From assembly GCA_964036045.1 (NCBI GenBank), contig OZ038378.1, positions 77,934,001-77,998,000 of the forward strand: 64,000 nt of DNA. Reading direction: 5' to 3'. This DNA is from Eutreptiella sp. 'Long Island Sound 2002'. Lineage: Eukaryota; Protista; Euglenida. Below the pieces are notes generated by a model, which saw nothing but the letters and a program-made list of their open reading frames with translations, made no database searches and was not told where the DNA came from. Within the stretch, counting starts at the first letter, position 1. Each line of letters begins with the position of its first letter. Shown here piece after piece: positions 13,301-24,589 of the stretch. The translations under genes and the position numbers were made by a program.

Positions 13301-14700
13301 TTATCCCGGACGTGACCTGTGGTGAGGGGCTTGGCGTGGTGTTGGACGGTGGCGGTGGCGCTGGGAGGTTCCGTCCCTTTGTGGGCCAGTGGGCTTTGTC
13401 CTCTTTGTGGGGAGTTGTTCTGCGGAGGCTTGTGGGGTTTGTTGGGCTGGGGGGTATGTGTGGTTCCGGTATCGGTTGCGGCGCGGTCGGCCGAGAGCTG
13501 GTGATGCTGTGTGCCCCGGTGACTGCATCTTCGTACAGGCCGAACTCCAGCACTGGTGGCCCAACAGGGTGCAACTCGCGTGGGTCGTCGTGCGGGGTGT
13601 GGAGATGGATGCTTTGCTGGGTGGACAAGCTGTGGTCGGCCAGGAAGAGCATTCCTGATGGCGGTGTCGTAGTCTCCCCTGAACGGGTGGGTGGGCTTCA
13701 AACGGTATTGGAACGTGGGTCGAGCGGTCGCAGCCAGCGCCCCAATGTCTCCGTCTGGCACTACGCTGTCCCATGTTGTACGGGGCGTGGTATCTGGTGG
13801 CCCCGTGTGTCCCTCCAGGATCTCCGTTTCGTCCTTGGTCCAGTCTTGTAGCAGGCGTTCCACGTACGCAGCGTCCGTGTACAGTTGGATACTGTGCTCC
13901 GCTAGGGTGCGGGCATGGGCGAGTTGTCTGTACAGGGTCCAGTGTTGGGGAGCTGGTCTCCTTTTGGGGGGTGGCGTTGCCGGCTGGCGTGCACCCGGGT
14001 GTATTCGTCATCTTCTCGTTCGCGTGTCCATTCCAGGTGGGCTTCACCCGTGCACACGTTGGTCGGTCGGCATGTTGCGGTGCGTGCATAGGGGGGCCCC
14101 GTTTTGTCATGTAGGACAATGTTGTGGCCTCGAGTCCAGCAGTGCAGGGTTAGGACGACAGCTGCCGCTGTTTCTTCGTTGTTTGCTGGCGGTGCGGCGA
14201 CGGATTCTTGGATGAAGGTCAGGGCTTCCTGCGCCTGTGGGGATTCTGCGAGGTTTGTCGAGGCTCCAGTTTTGGATACCCGTCCCTGCACCACCACTCC
14301 TTCCAGTGACTGTAAATGGGCTTTTTGTATGTCCCGTCGCAGCTCCTGGATGTACACCCCCGGGTCTCGGTTTTCTTCTGTTCCTCTTTTCCGTTGGTCC
14401 GTTTCGTTGAGTGCTCGGTACAAGCTCCATGACGGTCGTTGGTGCGCAGCAGTCGCCGCCTGCAGTACGCTTTGGATTCTGTTCTGCAGTGGATCATTGT
14501 CTAGGTCCATGAGTTCGTGGATTGCGGGGACGTCAAGGCCACTGGGTACTGATTCCAGGGGCGGGTTAGTGGCTTCGGCAGGGGCGGATACTTGGGAGTT
14601 GGTTTCCACCGCGGTGCTGGACGTTCCACTTGACACGGATAGTAAAGCTTTGTGTGTGTGGTCCCCTGGTTTGCGTGGCTGCGTTGCCTCCGTGGTCAAC
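10400..14700 (-). pseudogene. Copy A upstream ORF region (ORF1 or N-terminal extension of pol); fragmented, function unassigned
   Basis: Series of coding-like minus-strand fragments (13902-14699, 13225-13863, 12450-13211, 11726-11944, 11420-11680, 10420-10671). Only the last ~300 bp have a counterpart in copy B. Confidence 0.55.
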
Positions 14701-14784
14701 GGCGCTGTTTGTGGTTCTGGCCCGGGACATTGTCCCAGTCGTCTTGGTGCTGCGCCTTGTGTTGAGGTGTGTGGCAGTGGTCCG

Positions 14785-15510
14785 TGTTTTGGGCTCTATA
14801 CTCCGTGCGGTCCTGGCTTGGGGTACGCCGGCGCGGTGTGGTGCTTGTGGCTCCGTCGTGTAGTCCGTGCGTTGTCATGGGGTGTGGTCCTGTTCCGGGT
14901 CCAGTCGTCGCTGTGCTCTCTGCCCTCCCCTTGCCCTCTGCCAGTGGGGCCCGGTTGTGTTGGCTGTCCCGGGGCAGTGGTCGCTGTGCCATTGGCTCGC
15001 TTTATGGGTGGATCGGGGTTCTTCCCGCTGTGTGCTGTACACCGTGTAGGTGGGGCTTGCGGTGTATGCGTCTGGTGCTTGTCCTCGACCTCTATCGCTG
15101 GGGCTGTCGTGGTTGTTGGTGTCGCGCCGCGGTATGTGACTGTAGTCAGTGTTTTGGGTGCTTTACTCCGTGCGGTCCAGGCTTGGCGTACGCTAGCGTG
15201 ATGTGGTGCTTGCGGTTCGGTGTGTGGCGCAGGCGGTGTAGTCGGTACGTTGTGATGGGGTGTGGTCTGGTTTCGGGTCCACCAGTTGTCGTCTTGTAGT
15301 TCGCTCACCTGTCGTTCTCCCCCCTTGGGGCCCGGTTCTGTCGGTTGGTGCTGAGGTAATGGCCCGTGTGCCATTGGGTCGTTTTTCCCCGGTGTGCGCT
15401 GTAAACCGTGTGGGTGGGGCTTCTGATGTGTGCACCTGGTGCTTGTGCTCGGCTCCTGTCGCTTGGGCTGCCGAGGTCACCGGGGGCGGCTGGGTGTTGT
15501 CCCCCCTCTC
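14785..15510. repeat. Two tandem ~365 bp units
   Basis: CTCCGTGCGGTCC anchors at 14801 and 15166 with colinear flanks; a third unit anchored at 18002. Confidence 0.85.
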
Positions 15511-15929
15511 GGGTCATTGTTGTTGTCGGCGTGCTCGGCGGACGCGTTGTGGGGTCTTCCTGGGCGCCGTCCTGGCGCTCCTGCTCCATCATGTCCTGTG
15601 TTTGTGTTGCCTGTGTGGTCTTTCTTGTGCGCCATGTATTTGGGCGCTGTGGTGCTGCATGTGTGTGTACATCATGCTGCGTGTTGTTACATGTGCGTGT
15701 GTACCACATACGGGGCGGGCGGATGGCATACCTCTTGCCCCTGGCCTCGGCTTTGGCTTCGATGTCACGTGGGTTCTGCCCTTCCCCTGTAGTGGAGCTT
15801 GTTGGTCTCGGCGCTGTCCTTCCTTTGTGCTGCGCCACTTATTCCAGGCCTTGGGGCCGGTCTGCCATGTGGAACAGCTGTGGCACACAGGGTAGACGTA
15901 GGTGGTGCGCTGCATCGTGCCATGCCGTG

Positions 15930-17380
15930 GTGGGCTGTGCCACGTTGTTTTCGGAGAATTTTGCGGTTGGTTGTGTGGCACTGCGTCGTGTCACGTGTCG
16001 TTGTGTCGTGTTGTGTGGGATTGAGTTTGGTTGTGTGGTGTCGTATGGTTGTGTCATTGTGGTGTGTCGTGGCGCGTTATGTGTTTTGTTGTGTGGTGTC
16101 GGGTGGTGCTGTGTGTTGTCGGGTTGTGTAATGTCGCGTTGTGTGCTGTTTTGTGGCGGTTTGTTGTGTGGTGTAGTATTGTGTTGTGTTGTGTGGTGTT
16201 GTGTGGTTGTTTGTTGGGTTGTGGTGTTCTTTGGTTTGTGTTGTTGTCCTGTATCGCTTGTTGTTGTCGTGTGTCGCCTTGCGGCTCGTTGTGTAGTTGT
16301 TCTGTTGTGTGGTGTGTTGTGGCGTGGTGCGTCGTGTCTGGTTGTGTCCTGGGTGTGGTATGTGGTTGTGTCGGGCATCGGGTTGTGGTACGTGGCCGTG
16401 TTTGCGTTGCGTGCTGTGGTGTGGCGTTGCAGTGTCTCGTGGCAGGTTGCGTTGCGCGTTGGTACCTGGTGGGTGTGTTGTTGCGTTGCGCGGTTTTTCT
16501 CTTTGAGATTTTGGTGCGTTGCGCGTTTTGTGCCGCTGCATTGTGACGTGGTGTTTGGTATTGTGTTTTGTCGCGTGGCGTTGGGTTACGCCATGTTGTG
16601 TCGTGTCGTGCCGTGTCATGTCGTATGGTGTGGTGGCGTGTCGTGTGGCGGTTCGTTGTGATGTGTTGCCTTGTGGTTTGTTGCGTTGTGTTGTATGGTT
16701 ACTCATTGGTTGATTTCGGTGGTTTTTGTTATGTGGCGTTGTTTTGTGGCATGACTCGTTGTCGTGTGCTGTCCAGCGGCGTGTTGTGTAGTTGGTATGT
16801 TGGTTGTGCGTTATTGTTCTGTTTTGCCGTGGTGTTCTATGGCTCTTTCGTTGTGTCGTGTTGTTCTGACCGTTCGTTGCGTGTGTTGTGGTGTTGTGCT
16901 GTGTCCTGTTGTGTTGGGTTGTGTGTTGAAGCGTGGCATTCGGTTGTGCCTTGTTGTGTCATGTGGCGTCGTGTCATGTCACGCGGTATTGTCTGTTGCT
17001 GCTTGGCAGTTCGTTGCGTGGTGTAGTATTATGCGTTGTTGTGTGGCGTTGTTTCGTTGTTCTTTTTGGCGTATTGTGTCGCGTTGGCGGTTCTGTTGTT
17101 TCGAGTCGTGTCCCGTTGTCCCGTGGTGTTGTGTAGTCGGCATGTTGGTTGTGCACCATTGTTGTGTCGTCCGGTGCCGTCGTGTTGTGGTTTGTTGTGT
17201 GGTGTTGCATGGCTCTTTCGTTATGTTGTGGCGGTGCGCGTGTTGTGGTGTTGTGTTGCATCGTGTGGTGTTGTATGGTTGTTTGTTGTGTTTTGGTGTT
17301 GCGTGTTTGTGGGGTAGTTTTGTGTCATGTCTCGTTGCCGTGTGTTGCTTAGCGGCTTGTTGTTTTGGTGGTGTGTTGGT
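15930..17380. repeat. ~1.45 kb degenerate TG/GTT low-complexity tract
   Basis: Almost purely T/G on the plus strand (tgtgttgtggtgtcgt...), with internal higher-order repeats; the Cys/Val-rich ORFs here are artefacts. Confidence 0.92.
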
Positions 17381-17969
17381 ATGGCGCGTCCCCGTGTCCC
17401 TTTCGGTGTCGACTACGCCTCGTGGTGCCGTTCACCTCGGTTTCCTACGTGGGCAAGGTATTATGTGATACAAATAAACAAGGGCATGGGGACGAGGTTT
17501 TGTTGGTATTTAGCGCAACATGCCTTAGCCTGGTGCCTCCACTCGTTGGTTTTGGTGGCGCCCAAGAGTAAGCGCTTTTACGTGCGGTTGTTTGGTGTTT
17601 GTTTGCCTTGTATCTCCTTACCTTGCCTGTAGTGCAATCTTGAATTCGTCCATTTGTCTTTTCCCGTGTTGGTCTCGTGCTGCTTTGGCGCCGTGCTTGT
17701 TGAAGCGTGGCAGTGTCTTGGCGGCTATATACCTCCCCGCGTCGGAACATACTTTTGTTTTTTTCGCCGATGTCTGTCGTGTTCACGCTCCGTTGCCCTA
17801 GTCCTACGAGATGCACGTTGCTAGTTGTTTTCGGGCACGCACGGGATACACTGTCCTGTCTGGTTCTCTTCTCTGTTCTCGCTGAGGTCTGGATGTGTGG
17901 ATTTTGCTGCTGACCTCGCCAACCAGTGGCGCAGAGATTCATGGGGGGGATTTGAGGTCAGTAAAAACG

Positions 17970-18715
17970 ATGTGACTGTAGTTCCTGTTTTGGGTGCTAT
18001 ACTCCGTGCGGTCCAGGCTCGGGGTACGCTGGCCTGGTGTGGTACTTGCGGTTCGGTCTGCCGCGCGGGCGCTGTAGTCGGTACGTTGTGATGGGGCGTG
18101 GTCTGGTTCTGGGTCCTCCAGTTGTTGTTGTGCTGTTAGCTCCCCTGTTGCCCTCCCCCCTTCGTTTCCGGTTGTGTCGGCGGTGCTGGGGTAATGGCCC
18201 GTGTGCCATTGGGTCGTTGCATGGGCCGTTTGGGGCTCTCGCCGGTGTGCGCTGTACACCGTGAGGATGGGACTTCGGGTGTGTGAGCCTCGTGCTTGTC
18301 CTCGGCTCCTGTCGCCGGGGCTGCCGCGGTCGTTCGGGTCAGCCGGGTGTTGTCCCCCCTCCCCGATCGTAGTCGTTGTCGGTGTGCTCGGCGTAGGCGT
18401 TGCCGGTTCTCCGTGGGCACCGTCCTTGCGCTCCTGCTCCATCGTGTCCTATGTTTATGTTGGTGTTTCTTGTGCGCCTTGTACTTTGGCGCTGAGGTAC
18501 TGCATGTGCGTGTACCTCATGCTGCGTGTTGTTACATGTGCGTGTGTAATACCTATGGGGTAGCTGCGGTGCATATCTGCTGCCCTTGGCCTCCGCCTTG
18601 GCCTCGGTCTTGTCTGGGTTCTGCCCTTCCCCTGTAGTGGAGCTTGTTTGCCTCGGTGCTGTTCTTCCTTTGCGATGCGGCCCCTAATCCAGGCTTTGGG
18701 GCCTGTCTACCATGT
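17970..18715 (-). repeat. Diverged duplicate of 15134-15870 (LINE 5' region)
   Basis: Direct repeat from ATGTGACTGTAG to CCATGT; both copies translate MEQER(Q/K)DGA...TVYSAHR...TTQWHTGHY. Confidence 0.88.
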
Positions 18716-19234
18716 AAAATTGCGAACCGCTGCCGCGGCCCGAACCACAGCCAAAGCCAAAACCCCAGGCATGCCCATTCTTCACGGTTGCGGAAAGTAA
18801 CACCATGCAACCCAAATGGCCAGATGGCGCAGAAGTACAAGGGGAATTCGGAGCCACACTCGAAGGACGACAAAAACAGTTCGTATGGTTCCGGGGCAGA
18901 ATAAAGTGCAGAATGGCGAGCCTCAGGCCAACATGGAGACCTGCAGCTGAAGATCGCATGGTAAGCGCTCCTGGAGTGAGTGAGAAACCAGAAACTGAGA
19001 CCTTCGAACTCTGGGATGACAGGCCCGGTACAGCTCCGCAGGCCCAACAGCCAAGTGCCACGAGGCACCGTCTGGACCGGTGACGTGCCACGGGCATGGC
19101 TGGAGAAGCGGAATATACCCGAGGAGCAACGGGTGACGACAGGGATCAACCTCAAACCACGCCTGGGGCAATGACTACTACCCCGCCGCGCAAGGGGCCC
19201 CCCAGGGACCGCCAGGGTGCACACCCACGAGGTC

Positions 19235-19915
19235 ATCACCCTCATGTCCCTCAACGAACCAGGCGTCCTGTACGACGCAGCCAAAGGTCTGAACGTGCAA
19301 GACGGACCTGTCATGGCGGGATGTGACCCAGACGCCATGTTGTGGCAGGAACAGGCCCTCAAAACCCACGTGACCCTCCCCAGCCTCACCCCGATCCTCG
19401 CTAGGACAGGGCACCAAAACCGCACCACATGGGTCAAGGGTGACAAGACAAAAGTGAGGGCCAGGGTCATGTCCACCACCACCTGGGCGTCGAAGGCCGC
19501 CTGGCAGCATACGTACTGGTCGGCCCGACTCGGCAGCTAAAGGTCATAAACGTTTTTGTTCCCTTTGGAGACGCCACAGAGTGATTCCTTGAACACCTCA
19601 TGGAGGCCTACCGACGAATCGCCATGATGGGGTCAACTGTCATCATAGGAGACTTCAACGCAGCCCCATCAATGGACTTTCGTGGGGGGCGGCAAACGCC
19701 TAAGGACACAGCGGTGCAAATTGCCATGCAAAACAGGGGCCTACAGGACCTCACAGCCTCCCTATGAGGCCAGCCCTCACACCGACCCCCCCCTACCAGG
19801 CTCAACGGATTCCCGCATTGACCTCTGCTACGCAGACCCGGCACACATCGAGGTAACGCGGGCTGATGCCGCGACTTGCCACCCAAGGCCACTGGACATC
19901 GTCCCCTGGAGGTAC
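19235..19915 (+). pseudogene. Copy B APE endonuclease
   Basis: LWQEQ, IIGDFNAAP, SRIDLCY and TGHRPL motifs across frameshifts. Confidence 0.88.
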
Positions 19916-20058
19916 AAGTCAGGATGCTTCAAGTCCCCCCGGCCTCCACAAAAGAGGGTGACCATGACGAACAACCACCTATCAGGCGACCAGACGAACA
20001 GGATGCACACAGATGGACGGCGTAGGACCAGCAATACAAGAAGAACCTGAACCTCGCC

Positions 20059-21560
20059 ATGCAACAAGCGGCCACGGCATGTGGCCTCCACGGGGGAGAC
20101 CGGTACACACAGGACAATGCCACCCCGCATCAGGACCTGCGATCCATGGTCACCGCCTTATGGCGCAACAAACGGGAACTACATACAGCGATACACTCCC
20201 ATGACCAACAGGCCGGGCAAGATGCCGAGAACATTGCCGCACGAATGGACACCACACGCCGGCAGCTCAGGGAGTGGCACGTCTGCCGGGCGAAGGAGCT
20301 GGCACAAGAACAGCAACACTGCTCTCAGAACCCCAAGCCCTGTAAGTTCTTAAAACACGTGGACAAAGTCCTCGGGCAAACCGGCCAACGGGGTATCAAG
20401 GCGGTGCGTCTGCAGAACGGCACTATGACAAACGACCCCAAGGTGGTCCTGGAAGAAGTCCTCAACAGCTTGCAACGCCAACGGAATACCGAGGACGAGG
20501 AGTTATCTGCGTGCACGGAGGAATGGATATCGCATTTGCCAAAACTCTACAACCGGACACAGCGACGAGACACGCACCGCACCCCGTTCAGCATTTGGAA
20601 ACTGGATGAAGTACTGTACAAACTACAACCACGAAAAACCCTTGGGGTAGACGGCCTCGCAGCGGAGCTCTACTGCAGCCTCCCACTGTACCTGAAGTGG
20701 CACTTGGCCGCGTGCCCATGGGATATCGCCATCGGCAAAACAGACATACCACCGGATGAAGGAAACCTGGTACACCCGCTGTACAAGAAAGGCGACTGGG
20801 CGAACCCAGACCTTGGAAGACAAATAGTGTGCGCCACCAAGGAGGCCAAACTCATCTGGATGCTCATCCTCAAACGTGTGGCCCTGGCAGTATACCGCAC
20901 TGTACCGCCCATGATGTGGGGAGCCATACAGGGTAGGTCGCTGCTGGAGGCCATATTTATGCAAGACTCCGTGGTAGACATCGACCCGATCAGCCTCATC
21001 ATCACGTCCCTGGATGTCAAGGGGGCCTTCCCCAACACCTCGCACCGCCTCCTATGAGCCGTCTGGAAACGCCTGGTAGTCTCCTTTCCGGGTTTCCTAC
21101 ACGCATACCTTGCCACCGGCATGTATGCAGTGAAAACCTATGTGGGCACCAACCCATGGGTCCCTCCCACCAATGAAGTCCGGCAAGGGACTGTGAAGGG
21201 CCCATTTCTCTTCCTGCTCGTCACCCTCCAGCTGGCCTTTTACATCTGACGCACCTATCCGGACGTGGCACCATACCCCCTACTGACCACGCTCCTAGCC
21301 TTTCGACGACGACATGGCGGTGGTAGCCGCCAATGCCCGCCAGCCCTTTGCAACCACCCCGGACACCGCCAGGGCCAGCAAAGTACTCCATGATGTCATA
21401 AACTATTTGGAGGGCAATCTGGTACTGGTGCACAACTTCAAGTCTGCCACTTTGGTGCACAACGCACCACCGCCACCCCTCCGCCCTGGAGACCCGCCCA
21501 TGAACCCAGTAAGAACGGCCACCTACCTGGTAGTCGAACAAGCGGCCAGCAAGAACAAGG
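20059..21560 (+). pseudogene. Copy B linker plus non-LTR reverse transcriptase
   Basis: ORF 20059-21057 (KTLGVDG, PLYKKGDW, SLDVKGAFP); FADD region frameshifted at ~21300. Confidence 0.9.
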
Positions 21561-23199
21561 CCACCCTACCACCTAATCTGCTACAGCAGCTGACCCGAAC
21601 AGTTCTCATTGCACGCATCGTGGCGCTCTCCACCCAGGCCCTGGCATACTTCTCCAAAGGCGTACTCAACGCAGCCAAAGGGTTCCAAGCCCTGCACCTG
21701 AAGCAGCCCCAACAAATGCTGCAGAAGGCCGCTGCCACGGTACAGCAGGCGTGGGCCATCCACGGCCAGCGACGCACGTCACTACCCGCTGCGATGCATG
21801 CTGCGTCACAACCATACTATGGAGACAACACCGATCACCTAGTCCGCAACCCGTACAGGGCTCACACCGCGACCCGCCTGCACCGCCTCCTGCACAACGA
21901 TGAGCAGGACGTGAGGGAAGTATTCACGCTGACACTGCGAGAGGCCCAATATCATTGCAACACCTGTCCCCAGTACATACTTCATGAAAGAGGCCTCCCC
22001 ACCATGGTAGGGACCTGCATATGGAACCAATTACAGCTCCTGCTACCCCATCACCAACATGTCATCCAAACAAACCATCGGTGCAGGGAAACAGGTCCTG
22101 TGGCGATCCTACACACCGATTTGGGTGGTGGACTGACGGGGAGCACCACCACTCTGGACCTGGTGGGTACCACCGTACACCTAGTACGAGTCACACCGAA
22201 CCAGATGCGGGCCCTCCAGCGAGTAGGCACATACCATGTTGCCTTCCTGCAGCACCCAGACTGGTTCAACAAATCAGCCCTGGAAAATCACATGCGAACC
22301 GCGGCCAGACAAACTGGACATTCACAGCCAACCGATGGGGAGGTATGTGAGGTGTACGGTCTGTTTTGGAGCACACACAAACAGCCACAACCGCGAGCCC
22401 CACCGCGCAGGAACCAAGCCCACAACCAACCAATGGAACAGGTGGACTATGCACCGGGCTCCACGGTTCCGGCAGTACTCCTCCTGGCACCCGACCGACT
22501 CAAAACCACATTGCGACCTGCACGGCAACTTGTGGATGCTACCGCCGCCCACAGAACGCAACTTCTGCCCGCCGTCACTGCCACTAGACGCGCCGACAGG
22601 CAGCCCCACCACTTGCTGGAGATGTGGGCCCCAAGCGCTGGCCATTCCATGGCCCCTCCTCCAACTGCTGGCACACTATCACCACACACCAACGGCCGAA
22701 GCTACCCCGGAACGGCACCGATTGCTACATACACACTTCGACCAGGCTTGGGCGGGGGACGCGGCCACTACGGCCTGGGGACCAAACACCACAGCGGAAA
22801 GGAAATTCCACCGTGGAGTGTCGGACACAACACATCCGGCCATTACCTTCCCGGTGCTGGCCAAACACCGCAGTACCACGCCAGAGGCCCCCTCCTCCCC
22901 GGTTAAACACCACTGCTACCAAGTCCAGGACCGGCAGACAATCGAATGGACCACATTTCACCCACAGAAGGCGTACCTGGTCCAATATGTGTGCGTCTAT
23001 CTCACGCAAGGCCACGAAGGGAACAAGGACTATGTAGAAATGATCCCAGCAGCGACCGAGATCATCGACCAGGGAATAGGTGTCTACGCTACCCGAAGGG
23101 TCCAACGAGCCACCACTTTGCCATGGGCCACCACAAAGCAGGGGGTGCAAGTCCACGCCTACCAGCCAAAGGCGCCGTGCCGTCTGCTACCCCAAGATG

Positions 23200-24456
23200 A
23201 CCGCTACACCGTCATCTTTGCGGATGCCTCCGGCACAACGAAGATCACCCCAGTGGCCGGGGGGGCAGCCTCCGAGCTGCGGACGGACACGGCTGGCCAA
23301 CTACGCCAACACCACCTCACGGGCGCCACCATGTTCGGGGCCTCCTCTCACGGAGAACTGAGGAAGCTGGCGATCATCGTGGACGCCATCAATGACACCC
23401 ACCAACAGCCGGAGGACCACACGCACCATCTGTAGGTCGCAGTAGACGCAGCAGTGGACTTCCAGATCGTCCGAAAACTGGCCCGACAGCCCCTACACAA
23501 GGCAACGGACTGCAGCCTGGGCACACAAGCCCTACACCTCTGGGTGGCTTTACGGCACATCCCGAAGCAAGTCATCTTACACCTCATCAAACAAGGGTCC
23601 CATCGGTACAGCCTGGGCAACGGACACATAGACTTACACGCCCACAACCAGCTTGCAGAACATGTGCCAGACGACAAAGACCCTCCGCTGCAAGACCACA
23701 TGCACACACACGTCCAACACCTGCCACCGATCGCACCACCCGGGGAACCAACGGCCTGGGTACCAGACGACCGGATCTCCAACGACACAGGACACGTGTA
23801 CCACTACCCACAACCCATCCGCGCCATGGCGCACATCCGAGGGGACCACGCCGACAACGCCCTTATGAATTGCCTCCAACATGAACTGCAGACCGCGTTA
23901 TACTTCTCAGCTCTTGATCCGTCCTTGCCACCGGTAGACCTACAAACACGACGTGCCCAGCTCCTACTTGAACAACTGCCCCTCCTGGACAGGATGGCAC
24001 GCGTGTATGACCGACGAGGGTATAGACATACCCCCGGAATACACCATATGCCCCTGCCACCTCCAACAGCCAGAGACGTGGGAACACTTCAAACAGTGCC
24101 CGCTGGCTCAGGGAGGCAACCCCCTGGCCACGTGGAAACCGGAGAACACAATTGCACAACACGCCAGATGGGGCCCAACCGCGCCGCCGGCAAAGAAAGT
24201 CCGGCGCCTGATGCGGCAACCAGAAATCAAGGAGGCAGTGCTCAGGGGGCTCCATCTCTACAGGGTAATCGCCGACCACGCCCCGGAACCCAAAACCACA
24301 GTACGTCACATGCAACTCACCGCCGTCAAGAGGGCAGATGCACAGCTGCAGCACCGCGTCCAGCTGTACACACAGGTAGCACAACAGACCTGTCAGGCTG
24401 ACCGTGTGTATTACAACCTCCTCATCCATTACCAGCCAGCGCAATCCAGCGAATAG
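23200..24456 (+). pseudogene. Copy B RNase H plus C-terminal Cys/His finger; pol stop TAG at 24454-24456
   Basis: IFADASG...HGELRKL...VDAAVD...GNGHIDLHA; CPCHLQQPETWEHFKQC. Confidence 0.85.
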
Positions 24457-24589
24457 CCACACCCACTGACACACGGCAACCCCCGGGGGACTGCCACCGC
24501 ACCACCCACCACACTGCACTGCACAAAAGCGCGCACACTCCCAAAAGGTGACTCGATTGTCCCACGACCTGCACCTCTCCTCAGGACGC

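Larger units (their letters stand above)
1..15870 (-). mobile_element. Large degenerate non-LTR retrotransposon (LINE), copy A; 3' end lies beyond the left window edge, 5' boundary uncertain
   Basis: Minus-strand ORF fragments give APE, non-LTR RT, RNase H and Cys/His finger in canonical order. Colinear along its whole length with the inverted copy at 18727-31134. Many frameshifts and stops. Confidence 0.88.

Noticed and set aside
15640-15720. Possible gag-type zinc knuckle (TRTCNNTQHDVHTH) in the LINE 5' region
   Set aside because: Only one Cys; does not fit CX2CX4HX4C in either duplicate.
15408-17468. Long Cys/Val-rich and Thr/His/Gln-rich ORFs
   Set aside because: Translations of the TG microsatellite tract; no domain structure.
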